A stretch of DNA of 64,000 nucleotides from NCBI RefSeq assembly GCF_963506605.1, contig NC_083277.1:117428001-117492000 (forward strand), written 5' to 3'. Shown piece by piece: positions 29,453-41,400 of this stretch. The DNA is from Zootoca vivipara (lineage: Eukaryota). The stretch's first letter is position 1; each line of letters opens with the position of its first letter. The translations under genes and the position numbers were made by a program. A model generated the notes under the pieces. That model was not told the origin of the DNA and ran no database searches. It worked only from the letters and a program-made list of their open reading frames with translations.

Positions 29453-32400
29453 GTGAGCAAGGAGCGGGCGGGGAGAAAGAGGCGCGCTCCTGAGATCCTG
29501 GAGCTGCGAAGGGCGCTCGGGAAAGGCCGAGCGGGAGCGAAAGGGAAGCCCCCCCCCAACTTGGGGGAAGGTGGTCAAGGCGCTTAGGTGCACCGGGGCG
29601 GGGCTCGGACCCCCCCACACACAGCCTTGCAACACGGGTGCCTGAGCATTTGCAGGAGGCGACGAAACGCACCTGGTCTCGCCTCGTCCTTCATGGTGGG
29701 CACTGGGACGGGAGGAGGCGCCCAGTTAAAAGAAAATGGGGTAGCTAAGTGAATTGTTTCGCTGCCTGCAGATTTAGGGCAGGCTTCTTCCCGCAGTTTG
29801 TAATTAACTGAGGAATTAATTGAGGAACGCACAACTGCAAGATGCAGGGGCAATGGGTTTCCAAAAGAAAAGGTTCTGCGGGTTTGTGGAAGAGGGACTA
29901 TCAGCTACTGTATGCTGAACTGATATCTGAACAGAACCTCCCCGACTCAGTCAGCTCAAATAGTTAGAAGGTGGTCACAGGTTCGATCCCCATACAGTCC
30001 ACCTGCATCTTCCTGCATTGGGGTTGGACTAGATGACACCCGGGATCCCTTCCAACTGTACAGTTCTGTGATTCTGTGTTTGGAAGCACTATACAAGGGA
30101 GCACTGCCACCTTCGTGCCCTGTCTGGCATTGGCTAGCGTGGCCACCTGTGTGGTTTAAACAGAGCACAGACATGCGTGCTCATGTATTTGGCATAAATG
30201 AAAATAATAATAATAATAATAAATTTTTATTTATACCCCGCCCTCCCCAGTCAAAAACCGGGCTCAGGGCGGCTGACACCAACAGAACCACAATAAATCA
30301 TAAAAACAATTAATTAAAATACAGATTAAAATACAGTATTAAAATTTAAAGTGCAGCCTCATTTCAAGTAGGCCATAAATCCAAGCCATGAGGGAGAAAA
30401 ACACAGGGGTCAGGCTGAGTCTAACCCAAAGGCCAGGCGGAACAGCTCTGTCTTGCAGGCCCTGCGGAAAGATGACAAATCCCGCAGGGCCCTGGTCTCC
30501 TGGGAAAGAGCGTTCCACCAGGTTGGGGCCAGTACTGAAAAGGCCCTGGCTCTAGTAGAGGCCAATCTAGCCATCTTATGACTCGGGATCTCCAGAATAT
30601 TATTATTTGTGGACCTTAAAATATAATTAGTGCAATACAATACATGTCACCATAGTGGGGAAGACTGTGACGGAATGATCTATGGCCAAATGATGGACAA
30701 CTTCAATGCCTCTGCTTTCTCTTCTTGTTGTTATTTAGCTTTAAAGTGGAATTGTACTGGAAAGCTCTGCAAATAGCAGACACAGTTGGACAGAGGACCA
30801 GCCTAGCTAATAGAGGACAGTTAAGGAGGACCCAACATTTTGCTGGCCACAGAATTCTTAGGGTTGTATGGACTTTCCTGAATGATTGCCGACCTGGCTG
30901 ACTAAAGCATAATCGTGCTTAGCGTTTATACGGTATATCACATTTAGAGTGTTCAACGTGCTGTCTTCTTCCCCCAGATTGCAAAAGGAGAACTGGCCTT
31001 GCCTAAGACCATCTTGCGAGCTTTGTGGAAGAGCTAAGATTCAAAGCAGAAACTGCTGCACCATGTAACTAGCATGTGATCTTCCTTTTGCAGTGCCAAA
31101 GAACTACTTTCAGCGAAGGGAGTTTTCGTTCACGCTCCACGATGACATCTACATGCGGTACCAGTCTTTCAACACACCCTTGGAATTGGAAAAAGAGATC
31201 CAGAAAATGTGCCCTTACAAAATTGACATTGGGGCTGTGTATTCACACAGGGTATGCACTTCAATGCTATAAAGCCAGGCCGGGGAATCTCCAGGAGTTG
31301 ATGCACTACAACTCCCATCATCACCCCGGTCATTAGCATTGCCGGCTGTGGCTGATGGGAGCTGGAGTCCAGCAACAGTTGGAGGGTTGCAGGTTCCTCA
31401 ATCCGGTTATAAAAATGATTTAGAAAAGGTTTTCAAAACTGCCTGCCCTGCAAAACTGCCTCGACCATTTAACTGGCTTTAAAAAAGACGTGGCCCATTG
31501 AAAGTACAAATATGATCAAACATAATTTTACTGGAATCATTGGGGGGGGGAGAAACTGTCACAAGGAAGGAAAATAAAATTCTTAGTTATTGTAAGCAGC
31601 TATCATTTCTAAGTTATTTCTGTTCCCTTTCGCTTCCCTGCAGCCCATCCAGCACAACATGGTACACCTGGGTGCCTTCCAAGCCCAGGAGAAAGAGCTC
31701 GTATTTGATATAGACATGACAGATTACGATGATGTTAGAAGATGCTGCAGGTATTTTTATTACCCTTCTGGGCTAGTGATTTGGGGACAGGAAGCTAGTT
31801 TGATGGTGAGGGTGATACTGTAATTGTATATGTTTGGGAAGATGGTTAGAGCATTCGCTCTCCATTGACTGATCACTCTTGAGTTCCGCTCTGAACTTCA
31901 CAAGATGTTACCCACTTCTATGCTTCTGGCATTGTAACAGTTATGGACTAGAAACTTGTTTCGATTTTACTTTAAGCTTATGGTCTATTTTTGTGCTTTA
32001 TTTCCATGTGTGGGCATTCCCTGAACCTTGACAGCACATCAAATGGGAGCCTAGACTGTCAGTATTTTGTGGGAAGGATTCCCACACAAGTGGATATCAG
32101 AACTTTAGGTTTGTACAGTAAAAGAGCATTAAAGGGCTCTGTCGCCCTGGCACAACAAATCCACTTTAAAAAAGAACCAGACTTTTTGCAGTTTGGGGAG
32201 TGACAGGGAAATTCATTCAGAAGTGGGGGGGGGGGTTACAAATGACTGACTGGGTCATCTAGAGGAGCCTTGACAGTGCAATCCTGTGCATGTTTTCCTG
32301 GAAGTAAACCCCATTGTGTTCAATGGGACTTACTGCCAGGTAAGTCTGGATAGGCCTGCAGCCTGAAGAACACTGAATAGCACTCTTCTGGGAGCTTGGA

Positions 32401-35400
32401 AGAATATAGAGCTTGCCAGGCTGAGCCTGACTCAACGCAATGCTCTGCCTTCTGACACAGCATGCAAGGAAGATTGCAGGTGGGCAGGATAATGGAAGCC
32501 ACCCTTTGTTTTGTCCCACACGCCTAATAATAAGAAGGATGCTAGATCTAAGTGTTGGATGCAACACGAAATCGTAGAAATTAGTTATTTCATTAAAAGA
32601 TCATCCTTTTTTCCATTCTGAACCTTCAGAATGTACGCAAGAACATGGAGTGCCCACCATGTGGATAGAGTGTCAAGTGACTTCTCATGTTCAGTGAAAT
32701 TGCCTCTCCTTACATATGAGCCTCTTCCCACTGAATCCTGAAGCCGTAGAATACCCTCTTGGATTTGCTTCTTCCGTGCCTTTGGGGTGTGTGTGTTAAA
32801 AAATACACTGCCCACTTTTGGCTGAAGAGCATTTTAGCAGATCACACCCTGACTAACTTCCTTGATTGTTAAGGAATGTTAACTTAGAGTTTCCTAGTTT
32901 GGACATAACATAAAACTCTGGATTAATGCGGTCCAGGGTCTTGGCACTTAAGCCAACGTAGGAGAGGATAAGTGCTCAGCCCCGACATTTTCCCATAAAT
33001 CACAGAGTCTAGAACAATTGTCTGAACCGGGTTGTTATGGTTTTTAGGGTGGGAGTCGTGGGTTACATTTTTTAACTAATCAGGGCTTTTTAACGATTCG
33101 TCTTTCAGCTCTGCAGAGATCTGCCCCAAGTGCTGGACTCTAATGACCATTGCCATCCGCATCATAGATCGGGCACTCGTGGGTAAGTGGCCGATGGCCA
33201 TGTAGTCACTGTTGCCAGACTGTCCATTTTGTCCACCTTTCTTTCGGAGACTCGCCCAAGTCAGAGTTTAAGGGCCTTCCAGCAGTGTGTGTACCATATT
33301 TTCATAATATGTGATTTATCCAGTACGATTGGCTTTTGTGGAGCTTTTTGGGAAGTGTAAGCAAAAGAAGGTGGGTCCTTGTCCCAAGGAACTTCCAGCC
33401 TAAATAGATCGGGGGGCAAATTAAGCTCATGCATTAAAAACCTTAAAACTGGGTCTCGTGCTGGAGGTGGTGATTAAAGGTGGATCTGGGTCTGAAAAGG
33501 GTCTGAAAAGACAGGAGGTTGCACATTGCTGTGCTGATGCAGCTTCTTCTATCCCAGGGGTGGCCAACTTCCAAGAGACTGTGATCTACTCAAGAGTTAA
33601 AAACTGGCAGTGATATACCCCCTTTTGGGGGGTTCAGGTCAAAGTTGTTGAGCTTTTTTTATGAAGGAAAGCCCTGTTTTTTTGGGTTCATGTAAAAGTT
33701 GTTGAGCTTCTTTAGTTTAGGAAGGAAGCTATACTGAGCTTTTTTTTAGGAAGAAAAGCCCTGTTTTTGGTGGTTCAGGTCATTTTAGGGGTGCAGGGCA
33801 AAGTTGTTGAGGTTTTTTTAGGGGAGCCAAAGTTTTTTAGCTTCTTTGGTGGGGGGAGCCACTGATCTACCGGTGATCTACCACAGACATCCAGTGATCT
33901 ACCGGTAGATCACAATCTACCTGTTGGACATGCCTGTTCTATCCAAGCAGACAGATAGGACGGACATGGAAGCTACGGTTCCTTTTCCATGTTCAAGTCC
34001 TAGGACTGGAATGGTGTCTTTAAGAGGGTACCTAATGTATCATTCTGCAGTGAGGAAAGGTCAATATCCCTTAAATTTCAACCATGATTACAACCAACTT
34101 CTGTAAGCCTCCCAATTATGGGGACTCCCTTACCTTCCTTTTCATGCTTTTGCGTCTGTTACTACTGTCAGTCCATGTAGCCTAACTTTCAGCAGCAATA
34201 CCTGCAGATTGGTAAACTGCTGAATTGCCTCTTCCCCTTTACCCTCCTCATATGCTTTGTACCAATGGAATGCTTCTGTTATTTTATATTGCTGTATTTG
34301 TGTGGGTGTGTGGGTGTTAGTATCTACTGGTATAAATACTGACACATCTGGTATCGCAGTTCAGGATATGCTTGCTCAAATCTCACTTTAGCCATAATGA
34401 AGGGCTGTTTCTCTCTGACTCTCGGTCTCTCCTTGCTGCCACACACACACACACACCCAGCCAATCTGCAATCCTATATAATAAAGTCCAAGTGTCTCTG
34501 CGTCCAGTCCCTGTGTCCGTGGAATTGCACTACTGCACATGTGCCCCACGGACAGCCGTTGGGACTTGGAATGCAGAGACGGAGCGCCTTGGCCGGCGCG
34601 TAAGGGAGCTCAGCCTCTCGGGGTTCGGAGCAGCTCTCACTCTGTCCGCGCCACCACCACCCCGGGCTGCCCACTCAGGAACCCTGCCGCCTGCCTCTCC
34701 TGCCCCTACAGGACTACTTCTCCCAGCATGCACCGCGAGCTTTTCCTCCCTCCCTCCATCCCCCACGAGCCCCTCGAGAGGCGGGCGGAGCAGCGGGCGG
34801 GAGGAGGGCGGCCGCCAGGACTTCTTGGTGAGACTTCAGCGGGATGGGCAGTGCCGCGCCTCCGCCGCCGGGTGGGCACAAACTGAGCGGGGAAAGCCAG
34901 GTATATCCGGAGAGGGGGAATGAAGGGGAATCAGCTGCCGGGGCCACCCGAGTCCGGCTGTGACACGGCTTTTGGGGGGCATCCCTCAACCCAGTCTGTT
35001 GGCAAGGGCGCCCAGAAGGCAGCAGCTCTCCGGGGATGAGAGAGACATGTCCCCGAGGTTGCTAGAGCAACAGGTCTGCTCTAGCACCCGTTATTTTAAC
35101 GGGCTTCAAGATACTAGTATAAGAATAATAATGGCAGCCTACCTTACGGGACTGTTGTAAGAATTGCTGGAGTGATGCATGCAGAGTGCTATGAGTCCTC
35201 GCAGCACTAAGGTCTTATTCATGCATTCTTGTCAAAGCTATTACCTTTTGTGCTTTCTTCTCTGCTCTTCTGCACCTCCAGAGGACTTTGGCATCAAGCA
35301 CCGCCTCTGGGTGTACTCGGGACGGAGGGGCGTTCATTGCTGGGTGTGCGATGAATCAGTCAGGAAGTGGTCTTCAAGTCTCCGCTCCGCAGCAGTGGAA

Positions 35401-38400
35401 TATCTCTCCCTTGTGAAGGTGTGGTATCTTTAGGACAGAAGGAGGTGGGACTTAATTCCTGCATTGCAGGGAGTTGGAGCCTTGGGTCCCTTCCAACTCT
35501 ACGATCCTATGATTATGTGACACTGGAGGGCAGAGAATTGGTGGCCCAGTTAAGCTACAATACTGGCCTGTCACGTTGGGACATGCCCCTAGGACAAGGA
35601 AAGGTAGAGCACAGTGTCATGACCGGAAGCAATCTTTAAGTGTATTAACAGAGGAACATAAGAATCCTGCTGGATCAGGCCAAAGGCTTATCGACTTGAG
35701 CACTGTTATCACCCTGGCCAACCAGGTGCCTCTGGGAAGCCCATAAAGCAGGGGTCCCCAGACTTACCCGGCTTTGGGCCAGAGGGCGGGGGAGTGCGCG
35801 CCCGTGCGCCTGCGCACACACACTTACTGTTGCGGTGGCGCGCTGCCAGGTCGGAAAAATCGCCAAAAATCGTTTGTGCGCATGCGTATGGGCCTCTCCC
35901 CGACCCAGACGTGCACCGGAAATGACCTCTTCTGGGTTGGGAGAGGCCCATACGCATGCGCACAAACTATTTTCGGCACTTTTTTCCAGTCTGGCAGAAC
36001 GCCGCCGCGCCGCGCGCTGTAAGAGCGGGCGGCAGGGGTCGTCGCGGGCCGGATTGGGAGGCCAATTGGGCCGCATCTGGCCCGCGGGCCGTAGTTTGGG
36101 AACCCCTGCCATAAAACATGATGTTTCTAGCTCTCAGTGGAGGGGAGAATGGCCTTAACCAGAGCTCATTTTGCATATTTTTATCTTCTGGTGCATTTTC
36201 GATTCATTTTTAATCTTGCTGACTGTTTTGGGCTTCTAGTTTTCTTTATTTATTTTGTATTTAAATGTTTCCCTTGTTTGTAAACTGACTTGGAAATACA
36301 GGCTGAAAGATGTTTAAATAAGCCAACCTAAACTAAACCTCCACATTTCACAGGGTGGCGAAGAGACCATCAAGAAGGTGACTCTTCCGGACAACATCCA
36401 CCCTTTCATCAGGTCAGTTCAGGCAACAACCAAGGAATTTATGGCATTTCTAGCACAGAGAGGTTGCACATCCTGAATTGGTTATTCAGCAAATGTTCAG
36501 ACTTAAAGCGTTGTCTTAAGCCGTGCTGAGAATCGCTATGGAATAAGGAGGGATGGACTGCATTGTGGCTTTCTGATGGAGAAGGGTGAGTAGAAGCTAT
36601 AGGTGCAACTATTGATGAGGCTCATGGGCAGCTTTCTTTGGCGGCATTCTGTTTCACACTGAACCATGAACCACTTCCGTTTTCCAGGGGGCTGAGAAAA
36701 GCCTTGAGCCATGGGAGAGTTTTTGGGCTGCTCCTAAAACCCTAAAACTAGGGTAGGCTGTGGTTAATGCAGCTCCAAGGGTAAATATTCAGATGTGAAG
36801 TGGAGGAAAGGCCCATTGAAGACTATGCATAAGGACTGGAGAATGTGCAGAATTCCCTTTTCATGGACAGATCATGTGCACATTCTCCATGTGGATGTGC
36901 ACAATGGCCAGCTGTTATGCACATTAACCACTCAACTCACATTACCCCAATGTGCACACAGACATACATTACTGATTCTGAGGCCACATCTACTTTTCCC
37001 CTCCTGCAGGCAAGTTCAATCTGCACAGAACAAAGACCTGCTCTTTTCCCTTCTAGCAATACAGTATTTGTGCTCTTCTACCAGGGTTGGATGTGGCAAT
37101 GCTACAAAACGATGTGATGCTATGTTGCAGCTCCCTTCTTCAACAATACAGTGGTACCTCTGGGTATGCACGCCTCTGGTTGCGTGTCCTTCAGGATGCG
37201 TACACAGCAAACCCAGAAGTATTTTTCCAGGTTTCACCGCATGCGCAAAAGGGCTCTACCGTGCCGCGCACATGTGCAAAACAGGCACCTCCAGTTGCGA
37301 ATTCCTTGGGATCCGACCAGAGCTCCAGAACGGATCCTGTGCGCAGCCGGAGGTACCACTGTACTGATTTCTCCAGACCTAGGCAAGAGCAAATGAAATG
37401 CCATTGAGGCTTTTATCACCTCTGTGTGTCAAGTTGTTTCTGCTGAAATTCCCTCTTTCCCAAAATGCTAAGTGTGAGTGGGTATGTGAGTGTGTAAACA
37501 TTGCACCTTTCGGGGCAAAGGCCACCCACCTACTCCAAGGCACCTTATAAAAGATAAGTAACTTTGTATATAGTTACAGGTAGGTAGCCGTGTTGGTCTG
37601 AGTCGAAACAAAATTAAAAAATTCCTTCAGTAGCACCTTAAAGACCAACTAAGTTTTTATTTTGGTATGAGCTTTCGTGTGCATGCACACTTCTTCAGAT
37701 ACACTGAAACAGAAGTCACCAGACCCTTATGTATATTCAGAGGGGGGGGTGATGATGGGAATGGGTGATGGGCTGATAGGAGTGGTAAACCTGTTGATGA
37801 CTGTTAATGACTGCAATTGGTCTTGCGGGAAAAAGCAAGGGCTGAGGTGCTAAGGAAAGCTTGATCATGTATAATGAGATTCAGCAATTGCAACTCATTA
37901 GCAAGCTTAAAACCATGGAGACACCTGGTATGAACAGAGACATAGGATTCTTATCTCATTATACATGATAAAGCTTTCCTTAGTTTACCACTCCTATCAG
38001 CCCATCACCCATTCCCATCACCCCCACCCCCCACCCTCTGAATATACATAAGGGTCTGGTGACTTCTGTTTCAGTGTATCTGAAGAAGTGTCCATGCACA
38101 CGAAAGCTCATACCAAAATAAAAACGTAGGTGGTCTTTAAGGTGCTACTGAATGAATTTTTTTAACTTTGTATATATAAGAGGATAATTGAGCTTCATAT
38201 ACGTAACAGGAATGTTGTGATCCAGATGATTGACAGCATAGTTCACTTGCGGTGCTTTCAGCCCATGCCCTCGGTAACCTTCCTTGTGCCCATTCCCCTG
38301 CCTCTCCACCAAAGTTACCCCTCTGACTCTCTCATGTTTTCCCCTCTTCTGTTGCAGCGAATCTCTAAATGTGGTGAAGCGTTACTTCAGAGAGTATGCA

Positions 38401-41400
38401 CTTGTCGAGCAGGACATTCTTGGAAGTAAAGAGAGCTATGAAAAAGTGTTGGCTTTGGTCCCAGAGAATATCCTTTCAAGAGCCTATGGGGCGTGCCAGA
38501 GAGTGCTGCACATCTTACTAGTGACATGCCCATAAAACCAGGGACGAGGAACCTGTGGCTCTCCAGATGTTGGGCTGCAACTCCCATCCAACGTGGTATA
38601 TGGCCAGGGATGAGAGGGGTTATATTCCATCAACTTTGGGAGGGCTACAGAGTCAAGGCTATGGGGGCAAAAATCCAGATAGCCCTGGGTCTGTTTACTG
38701 GTACTTGTGTTGATGCAGGGGTCAGGAAGCAGATTTATCCCGTATCGGAGGCTGCTGCTGCTGTTGCTGTTAGCATCTGTTTGCCTTTGGGGGTGAATTC
38801 AAACTTCTTCTTTTTAAAAAGATTTTATTGGTTTTCTTGTTAAAAAACATTAACAAACAACATAGTGACGAAAAGCAAATAGTCTTCATCCACATGCTTC
38901 TTTTACAAAAAAAAAAAGGCATTGTGGTAACAAATGTATACGAAGAAAGATAAAAAAACACGGAGACAAAACACACAAATGCAAGAAAAAGATAAAGAAA
39001 GAAAGAAGAAAAAAACACTAAATATCGGATAACTATTTTTAAAAAGTCATTTGGTAAACATCATTTATGTATCGGGGGTGAATTCGAACTTTTGGAAGGT
39101 TACAGCGCCTGCTATGGCATTGGAGACTGATATGGGAGAGACATGTTTTATTGCAATCAGGGCAGATGGAGGCGTCTGGTTGTGCTGCTGTAGATACACC
39201 CTGGCATTTCTTCTCTCTGCGCTCCTCTCGGCGGTCATTCCTCCTCTGGTCACTGCTAGGGATGAACAATCTGTCTGACTGTCTGTCTCCAAGCATTGCA
39301 ATAATCTGCAAGGGAGTGCCATATGGCAGGGGCAATGTTGCCAGCCTTCATGTCACATTTGCATCAATCTTTGTAACACAGAGTTGGTCTGCCAGTGGGC
39401 CTGGTGCCTGAAGCCCGCTCCCCGTAGCGCACTTCCTTGGGGTTCCTGCCATCTCCCGTTCTGTGTACACGACCGAGCCAGTGTAAATGTCACTGAGACA
39501 GGAGTACAAGCATGCTGGGAATGGGAGATTGGGAGAGCATATATTTGCTTGAGACTCTGTCCTGCCGTGTTTTTTTCCGTGTTTCAATTTTTTACTGATG
39601 CAGAAACAGCATCCCTCTAAATACCAGCTGCTGGGGAACTTGAGTGGGAGAATCCTGTTGTGTTCGTATCCTGCTTGTGAGCTTTCCTTAGGCACCCAGT
39701 TGGCCACTATGCAAACAGGATGTTGGACTAGATGGGCCTTGGTCTGACCCAGCAGGGCTCCTCTGCCCCAGGCACCAGCAGGCCTTGGACCAGATTTGAA
39801 AACTCCTTAACAATTTGACCACCAATTCGAAAAGAACTGCTTCAGGAGTTCACTAAAAAGCACGATTCGGTCAAGCGCTGGGAGCTTTTGACAAAAGCAA
39901 TGGAAAGACACAGTGTAAGTATTTGTGGTAGCAAGGGGGCATGTGCATCATAAGAATCTTTTGGGTGAGTCCCTAGGCTGCCAGCACTGGGTGATGGGGA
40001 ACAAAGCAGCATGAGAAGCTGGCGTGGTTTTATTTCTTGACCAAGAAGTGGGATTGACAGCTGAATTCTAAAGCAGTGATGGGCAACCTTTTTGGCTTGG
40101 TGTGTCAAAATTCGCCAAAAAACCAAGCATAACTCAGGTGGTGTGTCACTTCGAGAGAAAAACCATAATTTCGCGATATTTATAGTTTAAATAACAAAAA
40201 TGTATAATTGTAATATATAACTGTATTTAATAAACCAAAAACTAATTAATTAACCAAACCAAACCAAAAACCCCTTATTTATCACAAAGTGCCCAGAGTT
40301 GTTGAGCTTTTTGGGGGGAGCTGCTGACCAAAGTTTTGGAGGTTTTTTGGGGGGGTGCAAAAGTTGCTTTGCTTTTTGGGGGGGGATGCCCCAAAGTTGC
40401 TGCACTTTGGGAGGGGGAAAGAGAACAGAAATAAATTACAAATAATACCTTCGCTGGAACTAACACGCAGCACCGACATAGTCTGCCAAAGCGCCAAAAA
40501 ACCCAGCACAGAATGGGTTAAAAAACGAACGCTGTTACACCCAATCATCGTCTGCCAAAGCGCCAGAGAGAAAAACAGCACAGAAAGGGTTAAAAAACCA
40601 ATCTCTGGCTACCAGCAGCAACAACAAAAAAGGATCTGGGTTTTAACAGTGGAGACAAGCTGTAGGATGAGTGGGAGAACAAATGGGGGGGGGGGACAAC
40701 AACAACAGCGTGAATGGGCTGATGGGGCGCGTGCCAGCAGTGAGTGCTCTGCGTGTCACGTCTGACACGCGTGTTCTAAAGCAATGGGAGTGTTGGGATG
40801 GGCAAAGTGTTTGAACCCCTGTCTTCATAAAAGCACTTCTCACCAACCCCTTCTGCTGATTCCACCCCCGCCCCCAATATAAAACTGTTCAGCGTTGCAG
40901 TTGCAGAGTGTGCTCTTAGGTGCTGTGGTGGCACAACCCTTCCTCCGGGACTGTAGCCTCCTAATAAAGGGGTGAAATACAAATGCCGACAAAAGATTCT
41001 CCCAAGTTTGAAGCCTTTCCAATCTTCCTCTTCCTTCCAAGAACACACTCAAGAAAATGGTGCACACTGAGTCTGAGATCATGCTTCAGTACTGCTTTCC
41101 ACGGCTAGATATTAACGTCAGCAAAGGAATCGGCCACTTGTTGAAGAGCCCCTTCAGCGTTCACCCCAAAACAGGTTGGTTGCATGATGCTTGAACATAC
41201 CTTCCTTTAGTCAAGATGGGGATCTAATACAGTAGAGTGTTGGATAGGGCCTTGGCCTTGGATCTGGGAGTTCGCATATCCCCTTAGGTGTGCCAGCTTC
41301 ACTGGGTGTCCTTGGGCCACTCGCTTGTCTCTCCGCCTAAACTACCTTGCAGGGTTGTTGAGTGGGTGAAATGAAAGAGGGCCACCTAGCGCTCTGAGCT

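Larger units (their letters stand above)
37573..38162. mobile_element. Penelope-like insertion with inverted pseudo-LTR (near palindrome)
   Basis: 14-bp TSD TAACTTTGTATATA (37559-37572 and 38163-38176), inverted arms, central ORF end [25 protein letters not shown]. Confidence 0.88.

Noticed and set aside
33630-33850. CRISPR-like repeat-spacer pattern (AAAGTTGTTGAGCTTT units)
   Set aside because: Eukaryotic context; irregular degenerate repeats inside a hAT MITE with a TSD
38468-38535. Read-through extension of PRIM1 exon 7 (NILSRAYGA...)
   Set aside because: Explained by the U12 AT donor; primase similarity stops at VPE
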